Positions 39,201 through 50,045 of a stretch of 64,000 nt of DNA are shown one piece after another. Each line of letters begins with the position of its first letter. Position 1 is the first letter of the stretch. Position numbers and translations under genes: made by a program. The notes under the pieces were generated by a model that worked only from the letters and a program-made list of their open reading frames with translations, did no database searches and was not told the origin of the DNA. The DNA lies in NCBI GenBank assembly GCA_002269645.1, contig NIVC01001293.1, positions 186,001-250,000 of the forward strand, given 5' to 3'. This DNA is from Macrostomum lignano. Lineage: Eukaryota.

Positions 39201-41763
39201 TCTGGCTGAGTACCCCATGGTGCAGCGGCGGCTGGCCAGAATGGTGAGCTGTCACCCTCCCAGACCCTCATTTGCTGGGCTTCCAGACCCTCATTTGCTG
39301 GGCCAGCCTCCCCGATGCTCAGTTGCTGGGCCAGCCTCCCAGATGCTCAGTTGCAGGGCCAGCCTCCCAGATCCTCAGTTGCAGGGCCAGCCTCCCAGAT
39401 CCTCAGTTGCTGGGTCAGCCTCCCAGTGTCAGTTGCTGGGTCAGCCTCCCAGTGTCAGTTGCTGGGTCAGCCTCCCAGATCCTCATTTGCTGGGCTTCCA
39501 GACCCTCATTTGCTGGGCCAGCCTGCCAGATCCTCAGTTGCTGGGCCAGCCTCCCAGATTCTCAGTTGCTGGGCCAGCCTCCCAGATCCTCAGTTGCTGG
39601 GCCAGCCTCCCAGATCCTCAGTTGCTGGGCCAGCCTCCCAGATCCTTAGTTGCTGGGCCAGCCTCCCAGACTCTCAGTTGCTAAGCTCTAATCTCCGCCA
39701 TCCCAGGCCGGCATGACGTACGCGGCAGAGTCGGTCACCTACCTCCTAGCCTTCCTGTCGGACCAGTTTCCCGAGGCCGACCTCTCGCCTGAAGCGGCCG
39801 CTCTGCAGCTGCTGTCCAGTAGGGCAGCCGTTACCGGGGCAACCGACGTTGCAGCGCTAGCGGGCGGTCGTTCCGTCGCTTCTCGAGAATTCCCCTACGA
39901 ACGACAGCTCCGAGACGCGCTGACCCTGGCCGGCGTGGACTCCTCCCCGGACGCTGTCCGGTTGCAGCTGTCCGGTCGCGGTGTGAAATACGCCGCCTCA
40001 GTTTCCGCAGATTCGGCTTATCGATTCCTGTCGGCCAGAAGCGTGCTGAGCAAATGGCGCATAATGAATGAGATTAATGTAGCCGGTGAGACGCACAATT
40101 TGGCTGTGCACTGGCATCACAGTCTGGCGGGCATTGCCAATACCCTGGAGGTGAGTTTAGTTGTTTTAAATCTCTAGGGAAAAATGGTGTATAAAAGATG
40201 AGTATTTAAAGTAGTAGTAGAGAAAACAAAACAGAACAGTAGCTTGTAGGCATTTTTTCATATATTTATTACTATCAATACATATCGGATTGAAGGCTGC
40301 GTACGGCTGTTCACTCCAAGGACTTGAGGGGGGGGGGTCGCCACAGACAGCCTCAATTACCCCAGCTAATGCTGGAACCAATTTTACAGCTGGGTGAAGG
40401 AACTGAAGCAATGCAGAGTTAAGTGTCTTCCTCAAGCACGCAAATCGTTTCGAGAGGGTTGAGAATCGAACCCCCGACCTTTCTGTCGTGAGTCCGATGC
40501 GGTAGCCACTACGCTAAAACCCGGCAAATGTATAAAAAACACGGAGCAGTAGCTTGCGCGCATTTAGTCAGATATTTTGTAATTACTTTCGATACATATC
40601 GGCCAGTGCGTTACAATAAGAACCACGCAGTTTCTATACTACTTACGAGTACAACTTTCTCTTCGCTTGAGCCAGAACAGTCTAGTAAATGCAACTCAAT
40701 TACAATAAAATGCTATTTACACTATGCACTCCGCATGGAGAAGTTTTTTGCCCGCCATGCAAGCTTTTTGCGACGAACTCAATACTTTCTACTTATTAGT
40801 AGAGTCATTAAGTCTGAAAAAATCTTAAAATCTTTAGACGCAAAATTTGCCCCTAAAAAGGCCGATTTAACACATTTTAAATACCCCCTACCCCTAACCC
40901 GCTCCTATATTCAATCACAGATTCACATCGGTGCATTCACTCGAGCTGTTCGCGGCTGCCTATTTTATTATCGGGAAGATCTTCCCAAACAGCAGTTGCT
41001 GATGCAACGCATTGCCGACTGTTCTGTCGATATTTTCACCCTAATGGCCTGCTGTGCCAGAGCCTCGCGATCCAAATCTATCGGCCTTCGATCCGCAGAT
41101 ATTGAGGTTTGTCTATTTTTATTCCTATATGCTAAATTTGTTGCTATAAGCCTCAGCAATTACGAACAAAACACCTGGGTTTGCGGTATTTATCCTTTCT
41201 ATTGGTCGTTTTGTCTTCTGACACCCTTTAAATGCAAAGCACAGACATGAGCACAAAACTTGTAGGAAATTTTGTGCTTGAATCCAACTATCCATACCGG
41301 AAGTTTCGTCTTTTAAATCCTAAATGTCTGAACCGGAAGTCCAGTCTTCAACACAACTATCCATACCGGAAGTCCAGTCTTCAACCCAACTATATCCATA
41401 CCGGAAGTCCAGTCTTCAACCCAACAATATCCATACAGAAAGTCCAGTCTTCAACCCAACTATATCCATACCGGAAGTCCAGTCTTCAACCCAACAATAT
41501 CCATACCGGAAGTCCAGTCTTCAACCCAACTATCCATACTGGAAGTAGCGGCACAGATCTCTTCCCCTCCCTCACCCCAGATGGACTTGGTAACCATGCT
41601 CAGCAAGGAGGCCTCGGTCCGCCTAGAGAACAACCTGGCGGGCCTGGACATTGAACGGCTGTACACCCGGCATGCGGACAGCGAATTTGGCCGCATCAGC
41701 GACTTCACCTGCAAATTCGGCGGCTACGCTGTGGATCACGCGGTGTCGAGAAATTGGAATTGA
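28225..41763 (+). CDS. ACAD9: Acyl-CoA dehydrogenase family member 9-like, mitochondrial (probable pseudoenzyme / complex I assembly factor)
   Basis: Exons 28225-28497, 28591-28684, 36999-37181, 37952-38236, 38891-39243, 39707-40150, 40921-41106, 41581-41763, all GT/AG in consistent phase. Motifs: basic transit peptide, LFAGKV, LASGERIAAFCLTEP, LNGTKIWV, ITAFLVERD, FPYERQLRD, RASRSKSIGLR. Confidence 0.88.
29245..29743. mobile_element. Foldback/MULE-like MITE with inverted internal arrays
   Basis: TIR GGCATCACAAACCCGAAAAATCACAACTC / its reverse complement; 9-bp TSD CTGTTGAGT at 29236-29244 and 29744-29752. Confidence 0.8.
30805..31612. repeat. 23-bp minisatellite (CCCCAAGGACACCTAATTTAGCG)n with alternating variants
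   Basis: Within ACAD9 intron 2. Confidence 0.95.
32234..35521 (-). CDS. DUF4806-like protein (467 aa), nested antisense in ACAD9 intron 2
   Basis: Exons 35521-35315, 34730-34572, 34072-33872, 33277-32650, 32442-32234 (1404 nt, open, GT/AG). C-terminal GDSVASTIRRMLLKCITPEMMAQLNYCGRG...F...L and VEKHVISALKHAGD match my recollection of the DUF4806 pattern. Exons 1-2 are less certain. Confidence 0.65.
35770..36270. repeat. (CT)n microsatellite and pyrimidine-rich low-complexity tract
   Basis: Read directly. Confidence 0.9.
37190..37900. repeat. 25/26-bp intronic minisatellite (GGGATGCTGGGTGATGGAGTTCAGAT)n
   Basis: Fills ACAD9 intron 3. Confidence 0.95.
38320..38860. repeat. 21-bp intronic minisatellite (GGTTGATAGACTGGTTGCTAT)n
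   Basis: Fills ACAD9 intron 4. Confidence 0.95.
39255..39685. repeat. 28-bp intronic minisatellite (CTCAGTTGCTGGGCCAGCCTCCCAGATC)n
   Basis: Fills ACAD9 intron 5; reverse complement of the 9613-10080 family. Confidence 0.95.
40290..40516 (-). mobile_element. tRNA-derived SINE, copy 3, in ACAD9 intron 6
   Basis: Shares GAAGGCTGCGTACGGCTGTTCA and GAGAATCGAACC...GTCGTGAGTCCGA with copy 1. Confidence 0.7.
41285..41545. repeat. 33/35-bp intronic minisatellite (CCGGAAGTCCAGTCTTCAACCCAACTATATCCATA)n
   Basis: In ACAD9 intron 7. Confidence 0.9.
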
Positions 41764-42009
41764 AATTATCAACAGCTAGTTCGTATCTGCGTTGTGAGTT
41801 ATAATTGTACTGAGTCAGCTCTTTGTACTCGTTGTATTTGTCCATGAAATTTTTTAAAAATATATAGCCTACATTTGTTTATTGATGGTGTACGCTAGTA
41901 GATCAATGTTAGTACCAACTCGGTGTTTTCAAGAGCTACATGTACTTTGCGGTGACTTCATGCTTTTCATCTTTCTTGTCTTTCTTTGTCTGACAGCTTC
42001 CAATCTCGT

Positions 42010-42515
42010 TGGGATAAGACTCCAGTCTCATTGGGATAGGACTCAAGTCTCATTGAGATAAGATTCTAGTCTCATTGGGATAGGACTCAAGTCTCATTGA
42101 GATAAGATTCTAGTCTCATTGGGATAGGACTCCAGTCTCATTAAGATAAGATTCTAGTCTCATTGGGATAGGACTCAAGTCTCATTGAGATAAGATTCCA
42201 GTCTCATTGAGATAAGACTCAAGTCTCATTGAGATAAGATTCCAGTCTCATTGAGATAAGACTCCAGTCTCATTGAGATAAGACTCCAGTCTCATTGGGA
42301 TAGGACTCCAGTCTCATTGGGATAAGATTCCAGTCTCATTGAGATAAGACTCTAGTCTCATTGGGATAAGACTCCAGTCTCATTGGGATAAGATTCTAGT
42401 CTCATTGGGATTATATTCCAGTCTCATTGAGATAAGACTCCAGTCTCATTGGGATAGGACTCCAGTCTCATTGAGATAAGACTCCAGTCTCATTGGGATA
42501 GGACTCCAGTCTCTT
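42010..42515. repeat. 22-bp minisatellite (GTCTCATTGAGATAAGACTCCA)n
   Basis: Intergenic, 3' of ACAD9. Confidence 0.95.
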
Positions 42516-42741
42516 GAATTACTAAAGAACAACTGAAGTTCTTTTCAAGTAGAATTTTGGCCCTGTTGTAGGTGAAAATTTAAATTGAACGAACTTTGAT
42601 AAAGTTTTGATTTATACACGCGTTAAATAAAAATTTGAATGCAACTCCCTAAGTATAATTATCAGTGCGCTTAAGCCATTTTACTCGAAAATGAAGTAAC
42701 TCGAATCAGCGATGGCTACAAACCGTATGAAAATACATGTA

Positions 42742-43531
42742 CGAGGGGTGTCCCAGAAGTAGTGTCACTTTTGCTTGCTTCCACGAGTAATATTAATGTG
42801 TGTTTAAAAAATTATATGCCTTAAAAGTTAGCGGCTTATTTTAGCTTTCATGCCACGAAAGTCCCATTTTTATAAGTGCTTCCCATGCTGTAAGCAGCAT
42901 GCATTTGTTCGCATACCCTTGGCCATAGAAATACACACCGCATAGTGCTTCTATGCTCACTCAGAAGAAAGCCACACGTGAGCTGATCAAGCACAGAGTT
43001 GCAAGACAGCAGCTGCAAGACTTGTTCCAGTCATGGACCCTAACTTTCACTCTACAGAAGGGCAGAGACATGCAATTTTTACACTTTGGAGTCTTGATCA
43101 GAGATGCCCTGAAATTCGTGAAAACCTGACCCGCATTCACGGTCCCGATTCCATCAGTCGACGAACAGTTTACAGGTGGATCGAACAGTTCGAGGCTGGC
43201 TGTAGATATCAAAGGCCCACCACCTTTGGGTAAGTTGGCAAAACATACTGCCGGCCAGCCTCGAACTGCTGTCTTGCAACTCTGTGCTTGATCAGCTGTA
43301 CTTGTGGCTTTCTTCTGACTGAGCATAGAAGCACTATGCGGTGTGTATTTCTATGGCTAAGGATATGCGAAAAAATGCATGCTGCTTACAACAGGAAGCA
43401 CTTATAAAAATCGGACTTTCGTGGCATGAAAGCTAAAATAAGCCGCTAACTTTTAAGGCATATGATTTTTAAAGACACATTAATACTTGTGGAAGCAAGC
43501 AAAAGTGACACTACTTCTGGGACACCCCTCG
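42742..43531 (+). mobile_element. Mariner-derived non-autonomous element with ~270-bp TIRs and a transposase N-terminal HTH remnant
   Basis: TA|CGAGGGGTGTCCCAGAAG ... CTTCTGGGACACCCCTCG|TA with TA TSD. ORF 43033-43233 (QRHAIFTLW...EIRENLTRIHG...ISRRTVYRWIEQF) resembles the mariner HTH. Confidence 0.9.
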
Positions 43532-43629
43532 TAAAAATGAAGCACGTCTAAAAATGTGTAATAACATGTTTTATCTACGACAAAAGTCCAACACCTAAGC
43601 ATTCAAGCGTGTGGGTGACAAACAGCAGG

Positions 43630-44127
43630 GTGCTAAGGGATCTGGGGGTATTTTTGGGGAGAGGGCGTGTGCTGAAGGATCTGGGGGTATTGTTGGGGAG
43701 AGAGCGGGTGCTGAAGGATCTGGGGGGTATTGTTGGGGAGAGAGCGGGTGCTGAAGGACCTGGGGTGGGATTATTGGGGAGAGAGCGGGTACTGAAGGAT
43801 CTGGGGGTATTGTTGGGGAGAGAGCGGGTACTGAAGGATCTGGGGGTATTGTTGGGGAGAGAGCGGGTACTGAAGGATCTGGGGGGTATTGTTGGGGAGA
43901 GAGCGGGTACTGAAGGACCTGGGGTGGGATTATTGGGGAGAGAGCGGGTACTGAAGGATCTGGGGGTATTGTTGGGGAGAGAGCGGGTACTGAAGGATCT
44001 GGGGGTATTGTTGGGGAGAGAGCGGGTACTGAAGGATCTGGGGGATATTGTTGGGGAGAAAGCGGGTACTGAAGGATCTGGGGGGTATTGTTGGGGAGAA
44101 AGCGGGTACTGAAGGATCTGGGGGCAT
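43630..44127. repeat. 39-bp minisatellite (GGGAGAGAGCGGGTACTGAAGGATCTGGGGGTATTGTTG)n
   Basis: Immediately 3' of the SLC46-like stop codon. Confidence 0.95.
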
Positions 44128-44214
44128 TGAGAAGCAATTTCTCAAGGATTTTTATGATTCCATCCGAACTGCCGGAGACTGCACTCCATCAAGTCAATGA
44201 GCAGTTGCAGGTGT

Positions 44215-47200
44215 CTAAGCAGTGTCATAAGAGTTGTGATCGCCGACCCGTTGCACCGAACCGACTTGACTAGCGGTAGCGACTTCGCCTTCGCTGCCAT
44301 TCGGGCTGTCACCCACGATGCACACTGTGGTTTTGCCAGCTGCCGGCAGAGTTCTCACTCGATAAACAGCCTCCGCAGAGATGGTGAGAGCCAATGCGAC
44401 TGCCAGAGTGAGTGCCACGGTGTAGAACACGAACCCCGGCTGCCACACGAGGGCGGCCCGGTACACGCTGGTGTAGGCCAGGTTGCCGAACAGGTAGAAC
44501 AGCATTTGCAGCACACCGAATAGGCTGAACGCGCAGCCCTGCTTGTCGGCCGGTGTTACCATGGAAACGAAGGCGCGGTACATCGGCACCGGGCAGGCGG
44601 CGGCTACAGACGCGGCGATGCTGAGCCAGAGCAGTCTGCGGTCGGTTGCCATGGCGAGCAGGACGTCTCCAGCCGCGGTGGACACTGTGCCGATGGACGC
44701 GATGGTCAGGGTGGACAGGCCCAGCCTGCGGCAGAGACTCACGGCAAACAGCATGCCGATCTGCAGGGCCACCTGCCGAGCAGCCGAGAAGTAGCCGATG
44801 AGCACGCTGTCCAGGCAGAACGGGAAGTTCATGCTGTACAGCACGGTCAGGTCAACTGTGCCGAAGAATGCGGCGCAGTACAGGGCCAGGCCGCTCAGCA
44901 CCAGGGCGTACACCGTCGGCAGGCTGTGCGGCATCGACATCAGGCTGGCTAAATCGCTCAGCGGCTCAACTAGGAGTCTGCGTATTGATGAAGATGGCTG
45001 TTGATGTTGACTCTCAGCCGCTCTGCGGACCTCTGGCACCACGAAGATGCAGAACAAGGCAGTCAGCACGTACAGAGATGTGCAGAAGGCGTGCGGGATT
45101 AGGAAGCCCTTGAAAGAAGAATAAATAAAGCCCTTGGAAAACGCCGGTAATTAGTCAGTCTCACCTGGAATTAACCAACACAGCCCTCACCTGTAATTAA
45201 CCAACACAGCCCTCACCTGTAATTAACCAACACAGCCCTCACCTGTAATTAACCAACACACCCTCACCTGTAATTAATTAACACTGCCCTCAACTGAAAT
45301 TAATTAACACAGCCCTCACCTGTAATTAACCAACACAGCCCTCGCCTGTAATTAACCAACACAGCCCTCACCTGTAATTAATTAACACAGCCCTCGCCTG
45401 TAATTAACCAACACAACCCTCACCTGTAATTAACCAACACAGCCCTCACCTGTAATTAATTAACACAGCCCTCACCTGTAATTAACCAACACAGCCCTCA
45501 CCTGTAATTAACCAACACAGCCCTCACCTGTAATTAATTAACACAGCCCTCACCTGTAATTAACCAACACAGCCCTCACCTGTAATTAACCAACACAGCC
45601 CTCACCTGTAATTAACCAACACAGCCCTCGCCTGTAATTAACCAACACAACCCTCACCTGTAATTAACCAACACAGCCCTCACCTGTAATTAACCAACAC
45701 AGCCCTCACCTGTAATTAATTAACACAGCCCTCACCTGTAATTAACCAACACACCCTCACCTGTAATTAATTAACACTGCCCTCAACTGAAATTAATTAA
45801 CACAGCCCTCACCTGTAATTAACCAACACAGCCCTCGCCTGTAATTAACCAACACAACCCTCACCTGTAATTAACCAACACAGCCCTCACCTGTAATTAA
45901 TTAACACTGCCCTCAACTGAAATTAACCAACACAGCCCTCACCTGTAATTAACCAACACAGTTCTCACCTGTAATTAATTAACACAGCCCTCACCTGTAA
46001 TTATACAACACAGTCCTCACCTGCCCCTCACCTGCTAGCCAACACACAGCCCTCACCTGCCACCGAATCCACCAGCCAACCAGAACGCACGAGCCGGCTC
46101 CGCCAATCCCTGTCAGAGCTTCCAGCACAGCGATCCGCATCGGCCTGGACTTCGCCGCGGTGATATCAGCCAGGTAGGCCAGTGCGCCTGAGAACAGGCA
46201 GCCGATGCCGCCGCACAAGCCAGAGACTGCCGCAGCTATCAGCATGCAGATTAGCGGCAGGCGGAACCAGATAACGCACAGAGACACAACAGATTCGGCC
46301 AGGGTGCCCAGGCAGGGCAGGACAAGGGCGACCTTCCGGCCGTGACGATCTGACGAGCTGCTCAACAGTGGAATTGAGATGACAGCCCCGACTGCGGCCA
46401 GAATGTCCCTGTACAGAATCCAGCTGGATGCTCGGTCCTGATTGGGATTGTAATAAAATAGGGTGGACGCATTTTATACAATTGGGGGTCAACTTTGCTG
46501 AACTTTTGTAATGAAACCATGGCTACCATTAGCTTGAGAGATATCACCAGGGTACAAGTTCAGAGAAGCATTTGTCCGACAAATTAGTGTGTCACTGGCC
46601 CTTAAGTCAGGCTGTCACTGGCCCTTGAGTCAGGCTGTCACTGGCCCTTTAATGAGTATGTCACTGACCCTTAAGTGAGTGTGTCACTGGTGCTAAATCG
46701 AGTGTGTCACTGGTGCTAAATTGAGTGTGTCACTGGCCTTTTAGTGAGTGTGTCACTGGCCCTTTAGTGAATGTGTCACTGGCACTTTAGTGAGGCTGTC
46801 ACTGGCCCTCTAGTGTGGTTGTCAATGACCCTTTAGTGAGTGTGTCACTGGCCCTTTAGTGAGTGTGTCACTGGCCCTAGAACGAGAGTCACTGGCAATT
46901 GAATGAGTGTCACTGGCCTAAGAATGAGTGTCACTGGACTGAGAATGAGTGTCACTGGCCTAAGAATGAGTGTCACTGGACTGAGAATGAGTGTCACTGG
47001 ACTGAGAATGAATGTCACTGGACTGAGAATGAATGTCACTGACCTGAAAATGGGTGTCACTGGCAATTAAATGAGTGTCACTGGTCTAAGAATGAGTGTC
47101 ACTGGCCCTAGAACGAGCGTCACTGGCCTAAGAATGAGTGTCACTGGCCTAAGAATGAGTGTCACTGGCCTAAGAATGAGTGTCACTGGACTGAGAATGA

Positions 47201-50045
47201 GTGTCACTGGCCTAAGAATGAGTGTCACTGGACTGAGAATGAGTGTCACTGGACTGAGAATGAATGTCACTGGACTGAGAATGAATGTCACTGACCTGAA
47301 AATGGGTGTCACTGGCAATTAAATGAGTGTCACTGGTCTAAGAATGAGTGTCACTGGCCCTAGAACGAGCGTCACTGGCCTAAGAATGAGTGTCACTGGC
47401 CTAAGAATGAGTGTCACTGGCCTAAGAATGAGTGTCACTGGCCTAAGAATGAGAGTCACTGGCCTAAGAATGAGTGTCACTGGTCTAAGAATGAGTGTCA
47501 CTGGCCTAAGAATGAGTGTCACTGGCCTAAGAATGAGTGTCACTGGTCTAAGAATGAGTGTCACTGGCCTAAGAATGAGTGTCACTGGTCTAAGAATGAG
47601 TGTCACTGGCCTAAGAATGAGTGTCACTGGCCTAAGAATGAGTGTCACTGGCCTAAGAATGAGTGTCACTGGTCTAAGAATGAGTGTCACTGGCCTAAGA
47701 ATGAGTGTCACTGGCCTAAGAATGAGTGTCACTGGCCTAAGAATGAGTGTCACTGGCCTAAGAATGAGTGTCACTGGCCTAAGAATGAGTGTCACTGGCC
47801 TAAGAATGAGTGTCACTGTCTCTGAATGTGTGCCACAGGCTCTGAATGTGTGCCACAGGCTCTGAATGTGTGTGCCACAGGCTCTGAATGTGTGCCACAG
47901 GCTCTGAATGTGTGTGCCACAGGCTCTGAATGTGTGCCACAGGCTCTGAATGTGTGTGCCACAGGCTCTGAATGTGTGCCACAGGCTCTGAATGTGTGTG
48001 CCACAGGCTCTGAATGTGTGCCACAGGCTCTGAATGTGTGTGCCACAGGCTCTTAATATGTGTGCCACAGGCTCTAAAACATTTTTATTGTGCAGCTAAA
48101 CCAGTGCCAGCTCGAATTTTATTCAGGCCGCACCTGGACTAGTTAAGTCAGTTCGTACTGCTCAGTCATTTAAAAAATCATAGAAGCGTCATATAAACAA
48201 TCATAGAAGCGCCATGTAAACAATCATAGAAGCGCCATGTAAAAATCATAGAAGCATCGTGTAAACAATCATAGAAGCGTCATGTAAAAAATCGTAAGAG
48301 CGTAATATAAAAATCATAGAAGCGTCATTTAAAAAATCATAGAAGCGTCATGTAAACAATCATAGAAGCGTCATGTAAACAATCATAGAAGCGTCATGTT
48401 AAAAATCATAGAAGCGTCATGTAAAAAATCATAGAAGCGTCATGTAAACAATCATAGAAGCGTCATTTTAAAAATCATAGAAGCGTCATGTTAAAAATCA
48501 TATAAGCGTCATGTAAACAATCATCGAAGCGTCATCTAAAAATCATAGAATCATCATGAAAAAATCATAGAAGCGTCATTTAAAAACTAATGAAAGTGTC
48601 ATTTAAAAAATTAAGAAGCATCATAGTAGAATAAAAGAAGCGTCATGTCAGACATGAAAGGTGTCATGGAAAAATTAAATGCAGCTATAATGCTGTGCTG
48701 GGGAGAAAAACTGAGACGTCAAGGCTCTCAGAGAATAACTGAGATTACGGGGGGGGGGGGTTTCTGAGATGTCAAAGCAAAAGTCAGAAGCTAATTCAAA
48801 GTTCATGTACTTTACTCAATTTTTTTTTATTGCATTCTTTGTTGGCTCGCCACGGGAGGCGCTGATAGAAGAAGAGTCATGTAAAAAATAAAAGTAGCAC
48901 TATGTATACATAAAAGAAAAGTCATGTCGAAGTTAAAAGATTCATTTGGGAATTGCTACGATGTCAAAGCTAGGTGGAAATCGTTATAGTGCTGTGATTC
49001 TTAAAGAAGGAATCACTAAAATGTCAAGGCTTAGGGGAGAAGAATTGCTGAGATTTCAAGGCTTTATGTTGGGTTAAAGTTAGGTTTAGGTCAGGTGTGG
49101 GTTGAGGGTTATATTTTATCGAGTTTCAAGGTTAGCAGGGGATTTTTCAGATTTCAAGGTTTATGGGCGCCATCGCTGACATGTTAAGGCTTACGGGGGG
49201 AATAGCTGAGATGTCAAGGCTCACGGGGGTATAAATGAGATTTCAAGGCTAAAGTCAGAAGCTACATGTAGTTTATGAAAAACTTTTTATTACATTATTT
49301 GATGCCTCCTCAGGGGAGGGATCGCTGATTAAAAAAGCGTAATGTAAAAAATAAAAGAAGCTTCATGTCGAAGTTAAGATATTCATTTGGGAATCCCTAC
49401 GATGTCGAGGCTTGCAGGGAATCGCTATAATGCTGTAGTAGTGCTATAATGACTCTTAAAGAGAATTACTGAAATTTCAATGCTTTAGGGTTAGGTTAGG
49501 GTTAGGGTTAGAAGGTTGACAGATATTTTTAGATTTCCAAGGCTTATTGGGGGCATGGCTGAGATGTCAAGGGGGGAAGTTGATATGTTAAAGCTTGTGG
49601 GGGGGAATTACTGACATGTCAAGGCTTACAAGGTTTGATAGGAGATTTTTTAAGATTTCAAGGATACATGTAGCTTATTAAAAAAACGTGTATTGCATTT
49701 CTTTGGCTCCCCAACGGGGGGCGTAGATTGCTAGTACTGATCTGAGGCGTTGCACGGGCTGTCTCCAACGGGCTGCACAGCTGCTGTAGCGGTGCTGTTA
49801 AGCCCCAGCTCGCTGCCCAGCCTGAAGTACACGTACTGCGAGATGAGCGGCGACAGGCCTTGGAAAGCCGCGCAGAACAGGAGCGTCAGCGGCTCCATGT
49901 AGATCGTGGTCCATCTCGGCAGCGTCACATTCGGCGGCGAAAATTGCGGCTGTTCAGCAGTGATTTCGCTTGAGCCTGACGAAACCAAACTAGTCCTGTC
50001 CGAGTCCCGACCACCGCTTGAGGACCGCTTCGCTGTAGTCGGCAT
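44215..50045 (-). CDS. SLC46/PCFT-like MFS transporter; exon 1 interrupted, possibly a pseudogene
   Basis: Exon 1a 50045-49734 (IYMEPLTLLF...SQYVY), 1b 48160-48134 (contains TAA), exon 2 46437-46057 (SSSDRHGRKVALVLPCLG...FSGALAYLADIT...RIAVLE), exon 3 45108-44215 (FCLDSVLIGYF...MVTPADKQGCAFS). Confidence 0.8.
45165..46070 (-). repeat. 26-bp intronic minisatellite whose minus-strand unit contains TTACAG|GTGAGG
   Basis: Unit TTGGTTAATTACAGGTGAGGGCTGTG, contiguous with the real donor CAG|GTGAGGGCTGTG at 46057/46056. Confidence 0.95.
46590..47817. repeat. 21-bp intronic minisatellite (GTGTCACTGGCCTAAGAATGA)n
   Basis: SLC46-like intron 1; includes a 252-bp higher-order duplication. Confidence 0.95.
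47818..48075. repeat. 20/22-bp minisatellite (CCACAGGCTCTGAATGTGTG[TG])n
   Basis: Abuts the 21-bp array. Confidence 0.95.
48161..49734 (+). mobile_element. Helitron-like insertion with a ~22-bp array (AATCATAGAAGCGTCATGTAAA) inside SLC46-like exon 1
   Basis: 3' hairpin CCCC-AAC-GGGG then TAGATTG-CTAG|T; flanked by GTACTG at 48155-48160 and 49734-49739. Confidence 0.6.

Noticed and set aside
40528-41250. 240-aa ORF as an independent gene
   Set aside because: Only 40921-41106 is coding (ACAD9 exon 7); the rest is intron read-through.
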